Shown here one piece after another: positions 1 to 10,900 of a DNA stretch of 64,000 bases. The stretch spans positions 101,868,001-101,932,000 of the forward strand of contig NC_086108.1 in assembly GCF_963921235.1 (NCBI RefSeq). The letters run 5' to 3'. The notes under the pieces were generated by a model, which had not been told where the DNA came from, did not search any database, and was given only the letters and a program-made list of their open reading frames with translations. Numbering within the stretch: position 1 is the first letter of the stretch; every line of letters begins with the position of its first letter. A program made the position numbers and the translations under genes. The DNA is from Mobula hypostoma (lineage: Eukaryota).

Positions 1-1990
1 ATTCTCCGTAATCAGTCCACGTCTATCCAAATACTTATATATCTGGTATCTTAGAATACGTTCCAATAACTTTCCCACTGGCCTTTAACTTCCTGATTTA
101 TGTTTAGAGTCTTGCTTAAACAGCAGGACAACATTGGCTATCCTCCAATCCTCTGATACCTCTCCTGTCACTAAGGGTGATTTAAGTATCTCTGGTAGGG
201 CCTTGGCAATTTCTGCGCTTGCCTCCTGTAGGGTATGACGGAACACCTCGTCAAGCCCCAAGGATTTCTCCACCCTGATTTGCCTCGGGATAACAAACAC
301 CTCCTCCTCTGTAATCTGTACAGGGCCCATGAAGTTGATGCTGCTTTGCCTCATTTCTGTAGACTCTGAGTCCATCCCCTGAGTAAATACAGATGGAAAA
401 AACATTTAAGATCTGTCCCATATGTTTTGGCTCCACACATGGATTACCATTCTAATCTTCTAGAGGACCAGTTGTGTCCCTTGCAACCCTTGTGCTCTTA
501 ACATTCCTGTAGAATCCCATAGGATTATCCTTTGTCTGGTCTGTTAGAGAAACTTCATGCCTTCTTTTGGCTCTCCTGATTTCTTTATTAAGTGTTCTCT
601 TGCAGTTCATTTACTCTATAAGCACTTCATTTGTTCCTACCTGCCTATATTCATTATGCACCTCGTTTTCTCTCTTAACCAGGACCTCGATGTCTCTTGA
701 AAACCAAGATTCCCTGCACTTGTATCTTTACCTTTAATTCTGAAACGCATATACAAACTTTGTACTCTCAAAAATTCCACATTTGAAGGCCTACCACTTA
801 CCAAGTATACTATCTGTCCCAATCCACTTTTGCCAGATCATTTCCAATGCCATCACAATTGGCCTTTATCCATCTTAGAATCTCAACCTTCAGAGCAGAC
901 CAATCTTTTTGCATATTTACTTTGAAATTAATGGCACTGTGGTCACTATATTCAAGTGTTCCCCTGTACAAACTTTTGTCACCTGTCCTGGCTCATTCAC
1001 TAATAGCAGATCCAGTATCACATGCTCTCTCATTCGGACTTCTGTGTGCTGATGAAGGAAAGTTTCCTGAACACATTTGACAAACTCTATTCCATCTAGT
1101 CTTTTTACAGTATGGCATTCCCAGTCAATATGTGGAAATTTAAAATCACCTACTGTAACAATCTTATGTTTCTTGCACCAGTCTGCAATCTCTTGCCAAT
1201 TTTGTTCCTCTAAATCCCCAGTGGATTGCCATGACATTTTTCTTGACTAGTAATGTTAATCTCAGAATATTGATCTGCCAGTCCTGTCCCTCTTGCAACC
1301 AAATGTTGCAATATCATAATCCATGCCCTGAGCTCATCAACCCTTTCTATGATACTTCTTGCATTAAAATATACATATTTCAAGGTACTAGTAGTATCAT
1401 GCTAAATCTCTTGATTCCTAACTTTGTCTGAGGTCTTGCCGACATCTGCCTCACAACCTCTCCATTAACTGTTCTGGCGCTCTGATTCCCATCCTCCTGA
1501 AACTCTAGATTAAACTGCACTGTGCAGCATTAGCAAAACTTCTCACTAGGATCTTAGTTCCCCTCCAGTTCAGTTGCAAATTGTCCCTTCTGAACAGGTC
1601 CCACCTTCCCTGGAAGAGAGCCTAATGATCCAACATTTTATGCCCTCCCTCCTACACCAACTCCTTCACCACTTGTTAAACTGTATAATCTTCTTATTTC
1701 TGGCCTCACTAGCATGTGCCATGAGTAGCTATCCAGAGATCACAATGCTGGAGATTCTGCTCTTTAAATTAGCACTTAGTTACCTGAACTCCCTCGCCCA
1801 CAGAATCTCCTTTCTGTTCCCCTAACAAACAAATCTCTTATCACCACAGCACCTCTTCTCACCCTTTCCCTTCTGAGCCACAAGGGTACTCTGCACTGCC
1901 ACCTTGACCCCTTTCTCCTTCCTGACTGTCACCCAGCTTCCTGTGTCCTGCACCTTGGGTGTAACTACTTCTCTATGCATCCTATCTATA
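1..1990 (-). mobile_element. Decayed CR1 LINE: ORF1 esterase remnant and ORF2 endonuclease/tether region, running off the left edge
   Basis: Minus ORFs 917-1237 (VGDFKFPHIDW...ILDLLLVNE, endonuclease) and 85-405 (EDWRIANVVLLFK). 1450-1990 resembles the esterase ORF1 of other CR1 copies in the window. Confidence 0.85.
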
Positions 1991-3509
1991 CAGAAGATAT
2001 GGAAAAATAGCTCTTCTGAACCTCATGGTGTGGGACTTTGAATTGATAGCCATAAATCAGAAATATTTGAAAATCCTTTTGGTGGAATATTTGGGAAATG
2101 CACAAAAATCCTTTGCTGTTGCTGAAGGGGAAAGTTTCAAATCAAATTAATTGTCATCAGTCAGAAGTAATGTTCATCCCAGCAACCTCAGCTGCATTTG
2201 AATTCATCAGTCAAGGATATGTTAAAAACAAAGCTGATGTTACAATAAGAACATAAAAGAAAAAAGGTTGAGATGCAGCTCCTGAGAGACTGTGAGAGAC
2301 CGTGTCTGGAGCTGTGACTTGATGACCTACAGGAGATAGAGAGAAGCGATAGGGAGTTAGTTACCCCAAGGCTGCAGGAGTTAGATAAGTGGGTGATGGT
2401 CAGGGAAATGAAGGGACGAGCCCAGATAGTAGAGAACACCCCTGTGGTCATCCCTATCAGTAATCATTAGCTCTTTTGGATGCGGTTAAGGGGGATGACC
2501 TGACAGAGGACAACCATGGCGATCGGGTCTCTGGCACTGAGCTTGGTTCTGTGGTGCAGAAGGGAAGGAGAAAGATGAGGAATACAGTAGTCATAGGGGA
2601 TTCCATAGTGAGGGGAACAGACAGGAGGTTCTGTCAGCCTCTGTGCTGCAATACACAGCTCGAACCATATCATCAAGGTGATGACACGACCATGGTGGGT
2701 CTCATCAGCAAGAAAGATGAGCCAGCATACAGAGAGAAGGTGCAGCGGCTAATGGACTGATGCAGAGCCAACTACCTGTCTCTGAATGTGAACAAAACAA
2801 AAGAGATGGTTGTTGACTTCAGGAGGACACGGAATGAACATTTTCCGCTGAACATCGACGACTCCTTCATAAAGGTTGTTAAGAGCCCCAAAAATTCTTG
2901 GTGTTCACCTGGCGAAGAATATTACCTGGTCCCTCAACACCAGCTCCATAGCCAAGAAGGCCCAACAGTGTTTCTACTTTCAGCGAAGGCTGAGGAAAGT
3001 CCATCTCCCACCCCCCACCCCCCATTCTCACCACATTCTACGGAGGTTGTATTGAGAGCATCCTGAGCAGCTGCATCACTGCCTGCTTTGGAAATTGCAC
3101 CATCTCGGATTGCAAAACCCTGCAGCGGATAGTGAGGTCAGCTGAGAAGATCATCAGGGTCTCTCTTCCCGCCATTAGAGACATTTACACCACACGCTGC
3201 ATCCATAAAGCAAACAACATTATGAAGGACCCCACGTATCCATCGTATGAACTCTTCTCTCTCCTGCCATCTGGCAAAAGGCACCAAAGTATTCCGGCTC
3301 TCACGACCAGACTACGTAACAGTTTCTTCCCCCAAGTCATCAGACTCCTCAATACCCAGAGCCTAGGGGGGCGTCACGTGATGATGTGGGATTGAGACGT
3401 ATAAATCCAGCTCTCCCGCATCAAGTCAGTAAAGTACCGTTTAAACAAAACAAAGTTAGTAAATATTTTCTGAAAACTATTTATAAACTTTGTAAGATTA
3501 CTTTACGAT

Positions 3510-4628
3510 ATGCCTCCTAAACCGCAACAAAAGAAGTCTGCTGTTGCGAAGCAGCTGCGAGACGGGAAGAAAAAAGGGCCTACTGCAACGATGGAGCCTC
3601 GGACTCAGGTTGGATCTCCTTCGGTAGAACAGGGAGCAACGGCGGTGGCAACGGCTTCTTCGAAGAAGACACCGGTAATGCACATGCGCAAAGAAGAGCG
3701 CATGCGCAAACCGACACAACACAAGCTACAAGAACCGACAGCCACTGCAATTGAAAATGACTCAGAGTCAGAATCGGATTCTGCAGAGAACATAGATGAA
3801 GAAGAGGAGGAAGAACTGGAAGCGATTGGAAGTAAAGGAGATGATAGTGACATGAGAGAAGCTATATTGCAATTAACTGAATTAAGAAAAGTAAGAGAAG
3901 AACTTAGAGATACGAAGATGTGCTATGATAAAGTTATGGCAAGACAGGACAAAATGGATAAGAAGCTTCAGAAGATGGAAAGAGCAATGGGGCATATGAA
4001 TGATAGAGTGGAAAAAACAGAAAATGATTTGCTTGTCTGGAATTCGGAAAGAAACCGACTCTTGGAGAAAGTGGACATGTTGGAAAATTTTAGTAGACGT
4101 AATAATATTAAAATTGTTGGTCTTAAAGAAGGTATGGAGGGAGATAAACCAATAGAATTTTTTCAAAGATGGATCCCGGATGTTTTGCAAATGGAAGAGG
4201 AGGTTCGATCAATTGAAATTGAGCGGGCACATAGAGCTTTAAGATCAAAACCAAAAGATGACCAATATCCACGATCGATTTTAATAAAATTCTTAAGATT
4301 TCAAGACAAGGAAAGGATTCTACAGACAGTCGCTTGAGCTGCCAAAGATAGAAAAGGGCCATTGATAATTGGAGGGAACAAAGTTTTTTTCTATCCTGAT
4401 ATAAGTTACGAACTTTTGAAGAGAAGGAAGAAATTTAATCCAGTGAAAAAAACCCTATGGGAGCATGGTTATCAATTTACACTGCGTTATCCTGCAACTT
4501 TGAAGATTTTTTTGTCTGGTGGAGAAAAAAGATTTTTTGATGATTATCAGAAAGCAGAGCAGTTTGTGCGAGATTCTCTGAAAACTCACCAGACACAAGA
4601 ACAAACCCAGGAGAGCGAGATAGATTGA
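3510..4628 (+). pseudogene. L1 ORF1p (coiled coil, RRM, CTD) with one internal TGA at 4335-4337
   Basis: LENFSRRNNIKIVGLKEG, IERAHR, PRSILIKFLRFQDKERIL, FFYPDIS and YPATLKI are L1 ORF1 motifs. ORFs 3510-4337 and 4362-4628 are in the same frame. Confidence 0.9.
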
Positions 4629-5093
4629 AGATGAAGATCGGGTTAAAGAATGGACTTGATGGATTTTTGAAGCTGGATGAATGTATAAATATATTATTAA
4701 TCATGTTGGGTAAGAAAGGTTAAAACTGGAGGAATATTAGTTGGGAATAGTAATACTAATTTTGTCTATATATATATAATGTTTTTTTTGTTGCGGGGAG
4801 CTGGAAGAAGCACTGATCGATTGCTACGCTAGTCATGTGTGCAAGCATGGGTTTTGCCACGACCCGCAAAATGGAGGGGGGTAATGTTGTGTATCCTTTC
4901 GTTCACAACATTAGTGGGGGGGTATTTTGTTTTTTCTTTTTTTGTACTTTTTCTTTCTTCTTTTTTCTTTCTGCCTGGAAGGTTGGGGGGGAGACACATA
5001 GCAACATGGTGAAGTTTAAAGAGATTCCCCAAGGAACTATGAAAGTTGAGAAGATAAATAATGTTTTAGATTGGAGTAACTTTGTGAAGAATA

Positions 5094-7981
5094 ATGACTA
5101 ATTTATTGAATTTTTTGAGTTTTAATGTTAACGGGCTTAATGGACCAGTGAAAAGAAAAAGAATCTTAACACATATTAAAAAAATGAAGATAGATTTAGC
5201 CTTTTTACAGGAAACGCACCTAACGGAAACAGAACATCAGAAACTAAAGAGAGATTGGGTGGGTAGTGTTGTTGCGGCTTCATTTAATTCAAAAGCGAGG
5301 GGAGTAGCAATTTTGATCAATAAAATACAATTAAAACCAATTAGAATACAAAATGTAATAACTGATTCTGCTGGGAGATATGTGATTATACATTGTCAAC
5401 TTTTTTCTGAATTATGGACTTTTATGAACATTTATGCACCAAATGAAAATGATGCAAAATTCATACAGGAAGCTTTTCTGAATTTGGCGGATGCGCATGA
5501 AAAAGTATTAATTGGAGGAGACTTTAATTTTTGCTTAGGCTGTTATAAAATCCAAGGTAGTAAATTTAACTTTATCATTGATGAAGGATTTAAATCTGAT
5601 TGATATATGGAGAAGAATCAATCCTAAAGAAAGAGACTATTCATTCTACTCCCATAGACATAAAACTTTCTCAAGGATAGATTTGTTTCTATTATCAATG
5701 CACATTCAACACAGAGTGAAAAATATGGAATATAAAGCAAGAATATTATCAGATCATTCCCCTTTATTAATGACAATAATAATGGCTGATAAGGAAGAAG
5801 TGGCTTATAGATGGAGATTTAATTCAACATTATTAAAACGTCAAGATTTTTGTGATTTTATGAAAAAGCAGATTCAATTTTTTTTGGATACAAATTTTCA
5901 TTCAGTGGATGATAAATTTATATTATGGGATGCGATGAAAGCATATCTTAGGGGCCAGATAATAAGTTATACGTCTAAAGTTAAGAAAGAATATATGGCA
6001 GAACTAGATCAATTGGAAAAAGAGATTACAAAAATAGAAAAAGAATCTCAAAGATATATGTCAGAAGAAAAACGAAAACAACTTGTCAATAAGAAGTTAC
6101 AATCTAATAAGCTTCAGACATATAGAACGGAAAAAGCAATTATAAGAACTAAACAAAGGTATTATGAGTTAGGTGAGAGAGCACATAAAATTCTTGCCTG
6201 GCAGTTGAAAACAGAACAAGCTTCCAAAACAATAAATGCAATTAGAACAAGGGCAAATAAAATATCTTATAAACCTCTTGAAATAAATGAAACTTTTAAA
6301 AATTTCTATTCTGAATTATATCAATCAGAATCCCAAAATGATGTTAATGAGATAGAAAGGTTTTTATCACAAGTTTCTCTTCCAAAATTGAATTTGGAAG
6401 AACAGAAGGGATTAGATATGCCTTTTACATTAAAAGAAGTTGAAGAAGCTTTAGGATCACTCCAAAGTAATAAATCTCCAGGAGAAGATGGTTTTCCACC
6501 TGAATTTTATTAATGATCTAAAGAATTTATATAAATTTAATTATTTACCACTATTGAAAAAAATTCAAGAAGATCTTGACAAATGGATGATATTACCAAT
6601 AACATTAGTAGGTAGAGTCAATGTTGTAAAAATGAATATATTTCCTAGATTACAGTATCTGTTTCAAACATTACCAATACAATTGCCACAGAAATTTTTT
6701 CAAGAGTTAAATAAATATGTGAGAAAATTTCTTTGGAAAGGTAAAATGTCAAGAATATCATTGGAAAAATTGACATGTAAATTTGGGTTAGGAGGGTTAC
6801 AACTTCCAAACTTTAAAAACTATTATAAAGCAAATCAACTTAAATTTATTGCATCTTTCTTCGATGATCGAAAACCAGCATGGATTAAAATAGAACTAGA
6901 CAAGATAGGAGAAAATAGACCTGAAGATTTTATATATAAATGGGAATCTAAATTGATACGGGAAAAGAAAGAATCTCCTATATTAACACATTTGACTGAT
7001 CTATGGAATAAGATAAATGTTGATAATGAAATACAGAAATCTCTATTAGCAAGGAGACCTTTGTTCCAAAACAGACTTATTCCTTTTACAATGGACAATC
7101 AACTTTTATATAATTGGTACCAAAAAGGGATTAAATTTATAGGAGATTGTTTTGAATGAGGTATATTGATGTCATTTGAACAATTAAAGGATAAATATAA
7201 AATATCTAATAATACTTTCTTTTGTTACTTTCAATTAAGGGCTTACTTAAAAGGTAAGCTGGGTCAAACAATGTTTTTGCCAAAACCTAATGAAATTGAA
7301 ATTTTAATTCAAAAAGGGAAAATTAAGAAATTTATTTCTTGTATGTATAATTTGATTCAAGAACAGACAACTAAACAAGGAACCCATAAGTCAAAGCAAA
7401 AATGGGAAACAGATCTGAATATTATTATTGATGAAACAAATTGGTCAAGACTTTGTCTTGACAGTATCACAAATACAATAAATGTTCGACTTAGATTAGT
7501 ACAATATAATTTTTTACATCAATTATATATTACACCGCAAAAAATAAATAGATTAAATTCAAATTTTTCTGATAAATGTTTTCAGTGTAATCAAGAAATT
7601 GGTACTTTTTTACATTCTACTTGATCTTGTTTTAAAATTCCACCCTTTTGGATAAATTTAAGAATCTTATTGGAACAAATTACTGCAACTCAACTTCCAC
7701 ATAACCCTGTATTATTTTTATTAGGTGATATTGAAGGGATAAAACCGAAACTTAAATTGAATAAATATCAGAAAGAATTTATAAAAATTGCATTGGCAGT
7801 AGCTAAGAAGACTATAGCAGTTACTTGGAAATCTGATTCGTATTTAAGTATGGATCGTTGGAATAATGAAATGGCTAGTTCTATTCCACTTGAAAAAATT
7901 ACTTATAATTTAAGAGATAAATATGTAACATTTTTGAATATTTGGCGCCCTTATTTACAAAAGATAGGATGGCATATTTAA
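5094..7981 (+). pseudogene. L1 ORF2p remnant: APE endonuclease, tether and C-terminal CCHC; RT core missing
   Basis: SFNVNGLN, FLQETH, NIYAPN, GGDFN, SRID, SDH and KSPGEDGFPPEFY, followed directly by post-RT sequence. CFQC..GTFLH near the end. Confidence 0.9.
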
Positions 7982-10900
7982 GTGCTCCGATAAAGACTTT
8001 GGTCACTTGGGGAAAGTAACGAATAATTATACCAAATTCATTTTGAATCCCATGGAGCATGTGGAAACCTTCCAATAACCAGGCGGTTCTTTTCTTTTTT
8101 TTTCTTTTTCTTTCTTTTTAGGTAGGACTATATATGGGGGGGGGAGGGTTAAGGGGAGGGGGGAGGGTAGATTCTTTTTTTTTCATGTATTCTTTTTGAA
8201 AATTCAATAAAAATTATATTTAAAAAAATACCCAGAGCCTGGACTGACACCAACTGTGTCCTCTACTGTGCCTGTTGTCTTGTTTATTATTTATTGTAAT
8301 GCCTGCACTGTTTTGTGCACTTTATGCAGTCCTGGGTGGGTCTGTAGCCTAGTGTTTTTTTTACATAGTTCAGTATAGTTTTTGTATTGTTCATGTAGCA
8401 GCATGGTCCTGAAAAACGTTGTCTCGTTTTTACTGTGTACTGTACCAGCAGTTATGGTCGAAATGATAATAAAAAGTGATGACTTGACTTGACTTGACTT
8501 GATAGAGATACCCGCATGGTGTGTTGCCTCCCAGTTGCCAGGGTATGGGATATCTTGGATTGGGTGCAGAGTATTCTGAAGGGAGAGGGTGAATAGCCAG
8601 AAGTATTTGTACACTTGGGTACCAATAAGATAGGTAGAAAAAGGGAGGAAGTCCTGAAGAGAGAATTCAGGGAGTTAGGTAGGAAGCTGAAAAGCATGAC
8701 CTGAAGGGTAGTAATCTCAGGACTGCTGCCAGCGCCACGTGCTAGCAAGTGAAAGAATAGCATGATCAGGCATATTAATGTGTGGCTGACAGACTGGTGT
8801 AGGGGGCAGGGCTTCGGACTCCTGGATCATTGGGGCCACTTCTCGGGGAGGTACGACTTGTACAAAAAGCATGGGTTACACCTGAACCCAAAGGGGTCCA
8901 ATATCCTCGCAGGCACGTTTAATAGATCTGTTAGGGAGAGTTTAAACTAATCTGGCAGGGGGATTGGAACCGGAGTGATAAGTTTGGGGAAGGGGAAAAC
9001 AAAAATAAATCAAAGATAAAGTGCAACAGAGATTATAGAAAGAACAGGCAGGAGATGAGGCTTAATCACAGCCAGTGGCATGAGTTACAGGGCAACAGAG
9101 GCGTGGTGCAGGTAAAACAGAAAGCAACAAATACTGGACTGAAAGTGTTATATTTGAATGCACGCAACATAAGGAATAAAATGGACGATCTTGAAATTCA
9201 GCCACAGATTGGCAAATATGACATTATGGCCATCTCTGAAACTTGGTTAAGGAATGGCTGCCATTGGGAGCTGAACGTCCAAGGATATACGGTGTATTAG
9301 AAAGATAGGTTAGTAGGTAGAGGGAGTGGGGTGGCTCTGTGTATAAGAAATAATATTAAATCATTAGAAACAGATCACATAGGATTGAAAAGTGTAGAAT
9401 CTTTATGGATTGAGTTATGAAATGGCAAGGGTAAATGTACCCTAATGCAGATGTATACAAGCTTCAAAACAGCAGCCAGGATGTGGATTTTTAATTACAG
9501 CAGGAGATAGAAAAGGCGTGTCAGAAAGGCAATGTCATGATAATCGTTGGGGATTTTAACATGAAAGTGGATTGGGAAAACCAGGTCAGTACTGTACCTC
9601 AAGAGAGAGAATTTGTCGAATGTCTAAGGGATGGTTTTTTAGAACAACTTGTTGTTGAGCCCGCTGGGGGATCAGCTGTGCTGGATTGGGTGTTGTGCAA
9701 TGATCCGGAGGTGATAAAAGAGCTTAAGGTTAAGGAACACCTAGGGAACAATGATCACAATATGATTGAGTTCACATTGAAATTTGAGAGGGAAAAAATA
9801 AAATCTAATGTGTCGGTATTTCAGTGGAATAAAGGAAATTACAATGGCATGAGAGGGGAACTGGCCAAAGTTGACTGGAAAGGGACATTTGCAGGAAGGA
9901 CAGCAGAGCAGCAATGGCTGGAGTTTATTAAAAAATGAGGGAAGTGCAAGACAGATTTATTCCAAATAAGAAGAAATTTTCAAAGGGAAGAAGGACACTA
10001 CCATGGCTGACAAGTTAAGTCAGAGCCGAAGTAAAAGCAAAAGAGAGGGCATACAAGTCAGCTAAAGTTAGTGGGAAGATAGAGGTTTAGAAAGCTTTTA
10101 AAACCTGGCAGAAGAAAACTAAAAAGAAAACTAAAACTAGGAAGGAAAAGATGAATAGTGAAAGGAAGCTGGCAACTAATGTCAAAGAAGATACCAAAAA
10201 CTTTCTTAAGTATATAAAGGATAAAGGAGAGTTGACGGTAGATATAGGACCAACACAAAATGATGCTGGAGATATTGTATTGAGAGATGCAGAGATGGCA
10301 GAGGAACTGAGTGTGTATTGTGCAACAATCTTCACAGTGAAAGATATCTGCAGTGTACCAGACATTTAAGAATGTCAGGGAAGTGAAGTTTGTACAGTGA
10401 AAATTACGAATGAGAAGGTGCTTCGGAAGCTTAATGATCTGATGATGGATAAATCTCCTGGACATGATGGAATGCATCCTCGGGTTCTGAAGGAAATGGC
10501 TGGAGAGATTGCGGAGGCATCAACGATGATCCTTCAAGAATCGATGGATTCTGGCATTGTACCGAATGACTGGAAAATTGCAAATGTTACTCCTCTCTTT
10601 AAGAAAGGTGGGAGGCAGCAGAAAGGAAACTATAGACCTGTTAGCCTGACATCAATGGTTGGGAAATTGTTGGAATCAATTGTTAGGGATGAGATTATGG
10701 AATACCTGGAGGCACATGATGATAGGCCAAAGGAAAATCCTGCCTGACAAACCTACTGCAATTCTTTGAGGAAATTACAAGCAAAGTAGAGAAAGGAGAT
10801 ACAGTAGACGTAGTGTAATTGGATTTTCAGAAGACCTTTGACAAGGTGCCACACATGAGCCTGCTTAGCAAGATAAGAACCAATGGAATTACAGGGAAGA

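Larger units (their letters stand above)
3365..8226 (+). mobile_element. L1-clade LINE, full span with 14-bp TSD, internally deleted for the RT domain
   Basis: TSD AATACCCAGAGCCT at 3351-3364 and 8227-8240. G-rich 5' end, ORF1, spacer, ORF2, AATAAA and an A-rich tail. Confidence 0.95.
2641..8502 (+). mobile_element. 5'-truncated Rex1/Babar-type non-LTR retrotransposon, split by L1 (pieces about 2641-3364 and 8227-8502)
   Basis: GDDTTMVGLIS..DEPAYREKVQRL, NKTKEMVVDFRR and LLPSGKRHQSIPALTTRLRNSFFPQVIRLLN are the typical Rex1/Babar C-terminus. AATAAA near 8468 and a (GACTT)n tail at 8481-8502. Confidence 0.8.
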
